Shown: positions 52,101-62,000 of the stretch, piece after piece
How positions within the stretch are numbered: the stretch's first letter is position 1
How the letters are laid out: every line of letters begins with the position of its first letter
NCBI RefSeq assembly: GCF_963921235.1
Contig: NC_086097.1
Location: 17,918,001 to 17,980,000 of the forward strand
Direction: 5' to 3'
DNA from: Mobula hypostoma
Taxonomy: Eukaryota
DNA length: 62,000 bases
Notes under the pieces: model-generated
The model's input: the letters and a program-made list of their open reading frames with translations, nothing else
What the model was told of the DNA's origin: nothing
Databases searched by the model: none
Position numbers and translations under genes: made by a program

Positions 52101-52457
52101 TGAGCAGATATCAAGAAGAGAAGTAAAAAAAAGAGCTTTTCTTTCCTTTGCTTTCTCTGAGTGAAGCCTCAAAAAGCTAAAGTCCTAAGATCACAGCTCT
52201 GACTATGTCCACTCAGAAGACAGTTGCTGCGCTTACCCCTGCCTTCCTTTAATTTTTTCTTACCAATCAATCCCAACTGTTGATTAGTGGTTGGTCAAAG
52301 CTCTATTATGCTTCCATGACCCACTCCTACCTTTTATCATCGGGCAGTGGACCTGACTGAACTTCTGAAATCTGGATTGGTCGCTGGTCGAAGCTCTATT
52401 CTGCTGTCAAGTAACACATAATCTTTTCGGTTAATTTGATCCTACAGCAGTATTTAA

Positions 52458-52700
52458 GACCATAGAACAGTACAGCACAGTATTGGCACTTCAGCTCACA
52501 ACGTTGTGTTTATCTTTTAACCTACTCTGCAGTCAATCTTCTCTCTTCTTTAGCAAAAAACCCTCCATTTCTCATTCACACATGCACTTTTCTAAGTTTC
52601 TTAATTACTCCTAATGTTTCAGTTTCTACAAACACCTTCTGCAGAGCATTCCAGGCACATATCACTTTTGTGTCTTAAAAAAACACCTTTTACATCTCCC
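52458..52700 (-). mobile_element. CR1 3' end fragment
   Basis: CATAGAACAGTACAGCACAG.. tail similar to those at 13190 and 30030. Confidence 0.6.
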
Positions 52701-52727
52701 CTTTCTGGTTAATTTCTGCATTTACAA

Positions 52728-53746
52728 GATCAGAATCAGGTTTATTATCACCAGCATGTGATGTGAAATTTGTTAACTTAGCAGCAGCAGTTCAATGCAA
52801 TACATAATCTAGCAGAGAAAGCGAAAATAATAATAATAAATAAAATAAAACAATAATAAACAAGTAAATCAATTACATATATTGAATAGATTATTAAAAA
52901 ATTGTGCAAAACCAGAAATACAGTATTTTTTAAAAAGTGAGGTCATGTCCAAAGCTTCAAAGTCCATTTAGGAATCGGATGACAGAGGGGAAGAAGCTGT
53001 TCTGAGTCGCTGAGTATGTGCCTTCAGGCTTCTGTACCTCCTATCTGATGGTAACAGTGAGAAAAGTGCATGCCCTGGGTGCTGGAGGTCTTTAATAATG
53101 GACGCTGCCTTTCTGAGACACCGATTCCTAAAGATGTCCTGGGTACTTTGTAGGCTAGTGCCCAAGATGGAGCTGACTAGATTTACAACCTTCTGCAGTT
53201 TCTTTCAATCCTGTGCAGTAGCCCCTCCATTCCAGACAATGATGCAGCCTGTCAGAGTGCTCCCCACGGCACAACTATAGAAGTTTTTTAGTGTATTTAT
53301 TGACATGCCAAATCGCTTCAAACTCCTAATAAAGTATAGCCACTGTCTTGCATTCTTTATGACTACATCAATATGTTGGGACCAGGTTAGATCCTCAGAG
53401 ATCTTGACACCCAGGAACTTGAAGCTGCTCACTCTCCCCACTTCTGATCCCTCTATCAGGATGGGTATGTGTTCCTTTGACTTACCCTTCCTGAAGTCCA
53501 CAATCAGCTCTTTCGTCTTACTGACGTTGAGTGCCAGGTTGTTGCTGTGGCACCATTCCACTAGTTGGCATATCTCACTCCTGTACGCCCTCCCGTCACC
53601 ACCTGAGATTCTACCAACAATGGTTGTATCATCAGCAAATTTGTAGATGATATTTGAGCTATGCCTAGCCATTCAGTCATGTGTATGTAGAGAGTAGAGC
53701 AGTGGGCTAAGCACACACCCCTGAGGTGCGCCACTGTTGATCGTCA
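52728..53746 (-). mobile_element. Rex1/Babar-type LINE, 5'-truncated
   Basis: [22 protein letters not shown] 53205..53672 (KFADDTT, FKFLG) and 52968..53165 (HPGHALFSLLPS); AATAAA and (TTCTGA)n tail. Confidence 0.9.
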
Positions 53747-53939
53747 TGCTGTACAAGAGTATTGCACAACATGAAGGCAGGAAAATGTCATAGACTTTAA
53801 CAAGGTCTCCAGAACCTTTATGTTTAAAATATGACAAAGTGTAACACTGCCACTTAGTACTGAGGGGTAATTGTAGCTGTAATTTGTGAAACATGAAAGA
53901 AGGTGGGTGCTAACTCTTACCATCATTACAAGTAGTGCA

Positions 53940-56900
53940 CCTGAACCCAATATTCTCACGGGCAGGTTTGTTAGAGCTGTGAGGAAGGGTTTAAACTAAT
54001 TTGGCAAGGTGGTCAGAACCAGAGTGAGGTGACTTTAAACTAGAATGGTTGGGGGGTGGGAATCAAATTAAAGAGACTAGGAGAGAGGAGGTTAGTTCAC
54101 AACAGGGGGATGGGAACCAGTGCAGAGAGACAGAGGGGTGTAAAATGAGCGTAGAAGCAAAAAGTGGCAGGCCAGCAAATCCAGGGCAAAAATCAAAAAG
54201 GGCCACTTTTCAACATAATTGTATAAGGGCTAAGAGAGTTGTAAAAGTGAGCCTGAAGGCTTTGTGTCTCAATGCAAGGAGCATTCGTAACAAGGTGGAT
54301 GAATTAAAAGTGCAGATTGTTATTAATGAATATGATATAGTTGGGATCACAGAGACATGGATCCAGGGTGACCAAGGATGTGAGCTCAACATTCAGGGAT
54401 ATTCAATGTTCAGGAGGGATAGACATGAAAGAAACAGAGGTGGGGTAACATTGGTGGTTAGAGAGGAGATTAACGCAATAGAAAGGAAGGACATTAGCCG
54501 GGAGGATGTGGAATCAATATGGGTAGAGCTGCATAACACTAAGGGACAGAAAATGCTGGTCGGAGTTGTGTACAGGCCACCTAACAGTAGTAGTGAGGTT
54601 GGGGATGGTATTAAACAGGAAATTAGAAATGTGTGCAATAAAGGAACAGCAGTTAAAATGGGTGACTTCAATCTACCTTATAGATTGGGTGAACCAAATT
54701 GGTAAGGGTGCTGAGGAAGAGGATTTCTTGGAATGTATGCGAGATGGTTTTTTGAACCAACATGTCGAGGAACCAACTAGAGAGCCCAGGCTATTCTAGA
54801 CTGGGTATTGAGCAATGAGGAAGGGTTAATTAGCAATCTTGTCGTGAGAGGCCCCTTGGGTAAGAGTGACCATAATATGGTGGAATTCTTCATTAAGATG
54901 GAGAGTGATATAGTTAATTAAGAAACAAAGGTTCTGAACTTAAAGAAGGGTAACTTTGAAGGTATGAGACGTGAATTAGCTAAGATAGACCGGCAAATGA
55001 CACTTAAAGGGTTGACGGTGGATATGCAATGGCAAGCATTTAAAGATCGCACGGATGAACTACAACAATTGTTCATCCCAGTTTGGCAAAAGAATAAATC
55101 AAGGAAGGTAGTGCACCTGTGGCTGACAGGGGAAATTAGGGATAGTATCAATTCCAAAGAAGAAGCATACAAATTAGCCAGAAAAAGTGGCTCACCTGAG
55201 GACTGGGAGAAATTCAGAGTTCAGCAGAGGAGGACAAAGGGCTTAATAAGGAAGGGGAAAAAAGATTATGAGAGAAAACTGGCAGGGAACATAAAAACTG
55301 ACTGTAAAAGCTTTTATAGATATGTGAAAAGAAAAAAGATTGGTTAAGACAAATGTAGGTCCCCTACAGACAGAAAGAGGTGAATTGATTATAGGGAGCA
55401 AGGACATGGCAGACCAATTGAATAACTACTTTGGTTCTGTCTTCACTAAGGAGGACATAAATAATCTTCTGGAAACAGTAGGGAACAGAGGGTCCAGTGA
55501 GATGGAGGAACTGAGCGAAATACATGTTAGTAGGGAAGTGGTGTTAGGTAAATTGAAGGGATTAAAGGCAGATAAATCCCTAGGGCCAGATGCTCTGCAT
55601 CCCAGAGTGCTTAAGGAAGTAGCCCAAAAAATAGTGGATACATTAGTGATAATTTTTCAAAACTCTTTAGATTCTGGACTAGTTCCTGAGGATTGGAGGA
55701 TGGCTAATGTAACCTCACTTTTTAAAAAAGGAGGGAGGAGAAACCAGGGAATTATAGACCGGTTAGCCTAACATCAGTTGTGGGGAAACTGCTAGAGTCA
55801 GTTATCAAAGATGTGATAACAGCACATTTCGAAAGCGGTGAAATCATTGGACAAAGTCAGCATGGATTTGTGAAAGGAAAATCATGTCTGACGAATCTCA
55901 TAGAATTTTTTGAGGATGTAACTAGTAGAGTGGATAGGGGAGAACCAGTGGATGTGGTATATTTGGATTTTCAAAAGGCTTTTGACAAGGTCCCACACGG
56001 GAGATTAGTGTGCAAACTTAAAGCACATGGTATTGGGGTAAGGTATTGATTTGGATAGAGAATTGGTTGTCAGACAGGAAGCAAAGTGTGGGAATAAACA
56101 GGACCTTTTCAGAATGGCAGGCAGTGACTAGTGGGGTACCGCAAGGCTCAGTGCTGGGACCCCAGTTGTTTACAATATATATTAATGACTTGGATGAGGG
56201 AATTAAATGCAGCATCTCCAAGTTTGCGGATGACACGAAGCTGGGCGGCAGTGTTAGCTGTGAGGAGGATGCTAAGAGGATGCAGGGTGACTTGGATAGG
56301 TTAGGTGAGTGGGCAAATTTATGGCAGATGCAATTTAATGTGGATAAATGTGCAGTTTTCCACTTTGGTGGCAAAAACAGGAAAACAGACTATTATCTGA
56401 ATGGTGGCCAATTAGAAAAAGGGGAGGTGCAATGAGACCTGGGCGTCATTAAACACCAGTCATTGAAAGTGGGCATGCAGGTACAACTGGTGGTGAAAAA
56501 GGCGAATGGTATGCTGGCATTCATAGCAAGAGGATTCGAGTACAGGAGCAGGGAGGTACCACTGCAGTTGTACAAGGCCTTGGTGAGACCACACCTGGAG
56601 TATTGTGTGCAGTTTTGGTCCCCTAACCTGAGGAAAGATATCCTTGCCATAGAGGGAGTACAAAGCAGGTTCACCAGATTGATTCCTGGGATGGCAGGAC
56701 TTTCATATGATGAAAGACTGGATGAACTAGGCTTATACTTGTTGGAATTTAGAAGATTGAGGGGGGATCTTATTGAAACGTATAAAATCCTAAAGGGATT
56801 GGACAGGCTAGATGCAGGAAGATTGTTCCCGATGTTGGGTAAGTCCAGAAAGAGGGGTCACAGTTTGAGGATAAAGGGGAAGCCTTTTAGGACTGAGATT

Positions 56901-57728
56901 AGGAAAAACTTCTTCACACAGAGAGTGGTGAGTCTGTGGAATTCTCTGCCACAGGAAACAGTTGAGGCCAGTTCATTGGCTATATTTAAGAGGGAGTTAG
57001 ATATGGCCCTTGTGGCTGAAGGGATCAGGGGGTGTGGAGGGAAGGCTGGTACAGGGTTCTGAGTTGGATGATCAGCCATGATCATACTGAATGGTGGTGC
57101 AGGCTCGAAGGGCCGAATGGCCTACCCCTGCACCTATTTTCTATATTTTCTATGTTTTCTATGACTGAGGATAGGATAAATGGTGAAAAAGCAAAGATCG
57201 TGTGCAGTCAGACTGTCAGGAAGGGCAGGCCGATGATAGGACAAATTTGCAGCCAGCAGAGTGAGTATCAGTGCATTAGGGAAACAGAATCAAAAAGGGT
57301 AGCAAATACAGTACTCAAAGTGTTACATATCAATGCACGGAGTATAAGAAATAAGGTGGATGATCTTGCTGCGGTGTTAGAGGTTGTCAGGTATGATGTT
57401 GTGCCATCAGTGAATCATGGCTGAAGGATAGTTGTAGTTGGGAAGTGAATGTCCAAGGTCGGGATAGGAAGGCAGGCAGAGGGGTGGCATTGTTCTGCTA
57501 GTCAAGAATGGCATCAAATCAGTAGAAAGATGTAACATAGGATCGGAAGATGTTGACTCCTTGTGGGTTGAGTTAAGAAATTGCAAGGGTAAAATATCCC
57601 TGATGGCAGGTATATACAGGTCTCTTAACAGTAGCTGGGATGTGGACCACAGATAACAATGGAAACTAGAAAAGGTCTGTCAAAAGGGCAATGTTATGTT
57701 AATCATGGGAGATTTTAACATACAAGTC
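53940..57728 (+). mobile_element. Host CR1 fragment (ORF1 end 53940-54034, ORF2 start 57162-57728) split by a younger CR1 and cut by a Gypsy element
   Basis: KVLHINARSIRNKVDDL in ORF 57032..57424; endonuclease sequence continues to MGDFN at about 57705-57720. Confidence 0.8.
54035..57161 (+). mobile_element. CR1 LINE family A with complete but disrupted ORF2
   Basis: ORFs 54049..54705 (LNARSIRNK, GITETW), 54964..55347, 55340..55771, 55780..56049, 56046..56435 and 56463..57062; TTCTATG tail; TGACT on both sides (54030-54034, 57162-57166). Confidence 0.95.
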
Positions 57729-58287
57729 TCTAAGGGGATTCTCTGTAATGCTAACTGCTGAGGTAATGGGTTTTTCTGGTAGCTGCGATGTTTGGCTTAT
57801 AACTACAGATGATGGAGAACTAACCAATGGGGGGACATGTTATTCTATCTTGTATGTCTGGGAACCGAGCTCGTTCGCAGGCTTTTCGTCGAGGAGAGGA
57901 GAAGAGGAAGGACGCGCTCAGAGCGCTCTGGTAGACCATCAGGGTGGTCCCAGCCAAGGGTCGTCAGAGTTCGGAGGAGATCGATTGGTGGAAAGGAGAC
58001 CTGGTTCCGTGAGCTCCAGTGAATGTATTTGTGCACAGACTGTTTAAAACCAAATCTAAGTGGCGCCCTTTTCTTTTATATTTTGTTTCTCTACTAACCA
58101 CATAGTCACAGTAAGATTTATAAAGTGTAATTATTTAATCGCTTATTGTGTACTGTCTGATTTTTGCATTGTGGGTTTGTACTGGGGTACATTACACAGT
58201 ATCCACACAAACTTGATTATGCAGTTTGGCGGGGCTGAGGGCCTCTTCCCCTAGACGAGCATGAGCTGAGCGAGCCTGGGGCTTACG
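57729..58287 (+). repeat. 5' LTR of a Gypsy element
   Basis: Ends TCTAAG..CTTACG, each one mismatch from TGTAAG..CTTACA; immediately followed by a primer-binding site. The start could instead be TGTAATG at 57744. Confidence 0.7.
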
Positions 58288-58289
58288 TT

Positions 58290-58307
58290 TGGGGGCTCAT
58301 CCGGGAT
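58290..58307 (+). promoter_or_regulatory. Primer-binding site, tRNA-Pro
   Basis: TGGGGGCTCATCCGGGAT matches the tRNA-Pro PBS TGGGGGCTCGTCCGGGAT at 17/18 positions. Confidence 0.88.
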
Positions 58308-58356
58308 TTGATCCTATTGGATGCTGTATGAGCACCCCATTTAAATTACTGTTATT

Positions 58357-59711
58357 ATGGATGCAGCTGAGTTCGAGCGCTGGTGTGCAGCTGTAGGTCT
58401 GCCACTGAGTAATGCGTGCGTATTGAGTGGGGTAGAGATTGATACCCCGATGAGGTGTTACTTCAATTTTTGAGTATGGTTAAAGTTGTTGGCAAAGTTG
58501 AAATCGTATCGTGAAGTTATGATAAAGAGACGAGATCAGACCTGGTGTTGGTGCTGATAAGCATGGACGTACAGGGGTTGGAGCTGCCAGAGTTTATTGG
58601 TGACCCAGCAGAGGCTGGACCATGGTGTATGCAAACTGTCATGGAGGGAGGGAGGGGATGGAGCTCAGCGAGCTGAGTTGCCAGCAGCTAGGGGCGGAGA
58701 TTTGGGGGAACGAGTTCTCTCGTTACTGAGGAATGAGGGGATACAGTGGCCAGATTAGGAAAGTTTGATTAGTTCCCATCCCCCAGCGAAAGGTGAGGGC
58801 TCTGAGCTGGCATCTGCCATTACCCCACTGGCGACTTTCTCTGGAATAACGCCCACCCCGGAAGGTGAAGAGGATTATGAGACATGGGTTGTTTGGAGAG
58901 TGGCAGTGTTCTGAGGATGAAAAGTGACAGAGATTGGTTGAAAGTTTGCGGGGGGTGGCGGCTGAGGTAGTACGAGGTGTGAAAGTTAACCAGCCCTCGG
59001 CTTCCCTTGCTGAGTACCTGGAGGCCTTGGAAGGTGAGTTTGGGTTGACTGGGAGTTCCTGGGAGCTCCTAGGGGAGTTTCAAAACATGCCTCAGGAGAA
59101 GGGCGAGAAGCTCTCCGTGTACCTTTTCCTGCTAGAGAGACGGCTTAATGAGTTGCGGCGCCGGGGGGGGGGGGGTCGTTCGTTAAGTATGGATCAGGTA
59201 ACTAGGAGTGCCCAGGCTGAGGACAAGATTGCTTGGAGTCTCCGGCAGTCCTATAAAACGCGCCCCCCCCCTCCATCTTTCGTTCAACTGATCAGGGATG
59301 TGCGGGGGGATGAGAACACGTTGGGCCCGTGGGAGGACTCTGGCAGCAGGGTGCAATCCTCAGTTGTAACCCCTTGTGGTGAAGCGATCAGAGTCAGCTC
59401 CACCCGGGAATTGGTAAAGGAGGTGGTGGCAGAGTTCAGAACTGAGAGGTCAAGGGAGTTCATGGTGGGTGTAGACCCTTCGTACGATAGGACTGGTAGG
59501 AAGGGCCCCCACCCTAGGGGATGGACCATGCAGAGGGCTGCGGGTGGCGGGCGTTCCACGAGAAAAGGGGCAGCCAGTAGCATGTGCTATAACTGTGGAG
59601 AAGAGGAACACTTCTGGCGGGAATGTGAGAGGCAGGAAGCCCCTCGGAGGACGAGCCCGCAGGTATCCAAGGTGGGAGAGATGTCGGGGAAACTTAGAGG
59701 AGACCCAGTGA
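58357..59711 (+). pseudogene. Gypsy gag, PNMA-like capsid with CCHC zinc knuckle (disrupted)
   Basis: MDAAEFERWC start, FSGITPTPEGEEDYETW, LVESLRGVAAEVV, QEKGEKLSVYLFLLE, CYNCGEEEHFWREC. Confidence 0.8.
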
Positions 59712-62000
59712 GGGAATGGCCTGGTGTCTCTGGGGAAACAAGTTCCCAGCAATGTACCAAGGGACCCCCGAAAGCAAAAGACCCTATTCCTGATGGATTA
59801 GTGGGACCCCGATCCAGCATCTCGCTACGGATAGAAGGAATCTATGCTGAAGCCCTACTCGACACCTGGGTCGCGGGTCATGTTACTGTACCGTTCGTTC
59901 TACAACCAATATCTGAAGCATTTGCCCTTGACCCCATTCAGTGCACTGGAGATTTGGGGTATCAGTGCTGGTGATTACCCGTACAATGGTTATTTGTCAG
60001 TGAGATTGGAGTTTTCGGAGGTCGATGTGGGAGTGTCTGAAGTCCTTGAGACTTTGGTGTTGGTTTGTCCGGATCCGATTAAGACGGGTGGCGTTTCCAT
60101 TCAGGTGGGGACCAACACCCCTCTTGTATGAAGGCTCATGGGGGCCTGCAAGGAGAAGGCGGGGAAGAGCTTTTTGGAGACCCTATCCATGCACCCAGTG
60201 TTTTGAGCGGCGTTCGAGGAAGTGCGTGGCCGCAGTGGGCCGGATATTGAATTTAAACGAGGGACGGTGTGGTGCACCCAGTTGAAGCCTAAGGTGATAC
60301 AGCCAGGGGAGGTGGCGAGAGTGATGGGGACCCCCAGATTCCCTGGAGTATCGGAGGGCGAGGCCCTTTTAGTGGACGCCCTGGAAGACCTCGAGGGGAG
60401 TCTTGATTTCCGGCTGGAGTGCTAGTGGGACCCGAGTTTCAGAGGCCCCAGGTTGTACAGGTGAGCAGGATGCCATGATTGTCAGGAACACTACAAAGAG
60501 AGAGATCACCTTTAAGAGCGGGATGCCCCTGGTGCACTTGTTCCTGGTGACGGTAATGTCTAGCACCCCTGTGAGGCCCGCTGGGGAGAAACTATTGGAG
60601 AAAAGGGAAAAGCTGACCACTGAGGCCTTTAACTTCAGGGACTCTCCTGTGCCGCCAGGCTGGAAACAGAGGCTGGTGGAGAAGATGTTGAAGCTGGAAG
60701 GAGTCTTTTCCCTTGGCGAGTTTGATGTGTGTTGTTCCAAGAGCACTCTGCACACTATCCGGGTGACTGAGTACACCCCGCATAGGGAGAGGTCGCGGCA
60801 ACTGGCCCCTGCAGACATGGAAGATGTGCGGCAGCACTTGTGCAAGTTGAAGGAAGCTGGGATTATCACCGAGTCCTGAAGCCCCTATGTGTCCCCAATA
60901 GTCGTGGCTCGGAAGAAAAGTGGGAAGGTACGCATGTGTGTGGACTACAGGACTCTGAACAGGCGCACTGTCCCAGACCAGTATACAGTCCCGAGGGTCA
61001 AAGATGTGCTGGCCTGTTTGAGTGGGGCGAGGTGGTTTAGTGTGCTGGACTTGAGGAGTGGGTATTGCCAGATCCCAATGAGTGAGGCTGATAAAGAGAA
61101 GACAGCCTTTATATGTCCCCTGGGATTCTTCCAGTTCGAACGGATGCCCCAAGGCATATCGGGAGCCCCTGCCACCTTCCAGCGGGTCACGGAGAAGACG
61201 GTGGGGGATATGAACTTGCTTGAAGTGTTGGTATATTTGGATGACTTGACAGTATTTGGGTCCACCTTGGAAGAACATGAGCCGAGGCTACTAAAGGTGC
61301 TAAGCCGAATGAAGGAGGAAGGGCTAAAACTTTCCCTGGACAAATGCCAGTTCTGCAAGATGTCAGTTAGCTACGTTGGGCACATAATCTTGCGAGATGG
61401 AGTGGCTACAGACCTACCTAAGATAGAAGTGGTGATCACGTGGCCGCGGCCCCAGACTGTGAGCACTCTGCACTCGTTCCTGGGGTTCTGTGGGTATTAT
61501 TGGAGATTTGTAAAGGGCTACGCCAAAGTGAGTCACCCCTTGAACCAGCTTCTGCGTGGTTACCCACCCTTAGGGAAGAAAAGGAAAGGGAACAGAAGAC
61601 AGGAGGTTCGAGAATATCTAAACCAGTCAGAGCCCTTCGGACAGAGGTGGGATGCAAAATGTGAGGAGGCTTTCCAATCGCTGAAGGAGCTGCTGACCCA
61701 GGCACCGGTGCTGGCTTTTGCAGGCCGCCAATTGCCATACCTGCTCAACACTGATGCCAACCGAGAGGGGCTAGGGGGCGTCCTATATCAGAACCAGGGC
61801 ACCGGGTTGAGGCCGGTGGCGTTTTTCAGCTGGAGTTTGTCACCCCCTGAGAGAAACTATCCTACTCAAAAGTTGGAGTTCCTGGCGTTGAAATAGGTGG
61901 TGGTGGATAAGCTGAGTGACTATCTCTACGGGGTCAAGTCTGAGGTGAGGACGGATAACAATCCTCTCACTTATGTCGTGATCTCTGCGAAACTGGACGC
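59687..62000 (+). pseudogene. Gypsy pol (protease, RT, RNase H; disrupted)
   Basis: ALLD(T/G)S protease site with a frameshift at about 59865; ORF 60889..61896 SPIVV..RMCVDYRTLN, LDLRSGY, MPQG, YLDD, TDAN, ERNY..LEFLALK; then RTDNNPL. Confidence 0.92.

Larger units (their letters stand above)
57729..62000 (+). mobile_element. Ty3/Gypsy LTR retrotransposon, decayed, truncated by the window edge
   Basis: LTR, PBS, gag, protease, RT, RNase H in Gypsy order, with many stops and frameshifts. Confidence 0.95.

Noticed and set aside
46400..54000. Exons of a convergent neighbouring gene such as ISCA2
   Set aside because: No recognisable coding exon found by eye on either strand.
58934..59974. Domesticated PNMA/PEG10-like host gene
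   Set aside because: It lies in a provirus with LTR and PBS, and has stops and frameshifts upstream and downstream.
1..62000. CRISPR arrays, prokaryotic retron/defence systems, tRNA or rRNA genes
   Set aside because: None seen. The DNA is intron-containing vertebrate sequence, all RT motifs belong to LINE or Gypsy elements, and the tRNA-Pro match is only an 18-nt PBS.

Overview
Eukaryotic, vertebrate genomic DNA. The repeat mix (CR1, Rex1/Babar, Penelope-like, V-SINE/HE1-like) suggests a cartilaginous fish, probably a ray; this is inference. There is one host gene: the last eight coding exons of a latent TGF-beta binding protein on the + strand (4458-43574, all introns GT-AG and phase 1), most like LTBP2. 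They encode TB - cbEGF - cbEGF - TB - Tyr/Gly/Ser-rich linker - EGF - cbEGF - stop, followed by a repeat-poor putative 3' UTR to about 46380. Introns and downstream DNA are mostly nested transposons: many CR1 LINEs, Rex1/Babar LINEs, Penelope-like (GIY-YIG) fragments, a solo LTR, a hAT MITE, and a decayed Gypsy provirus with a PNMA-like gag running off the right edge. Most ORFs in the track are LINE debris or their antisense frames. Highlights: (1) about 225 bp fold-back Penelope-derived mini-elements with 13-14 bp target-site duplications that carry a minimal hammerhead ribozyme, with an intact core at 16960-16997 on the - strand; (2) an LTBP2-like protein that keeps the TGF-beta-binding dipeptide insertion (C-EVHP-C) absent from human LTBP2; (3) a GGGAAAC slippery site plus predicted pseudoknot at the Gypsy gag-pol junction. 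Exon and TSD coordinates were read base by base. Most transposon boundaries are approximate, and protein comparisons are from memory, not database searches.
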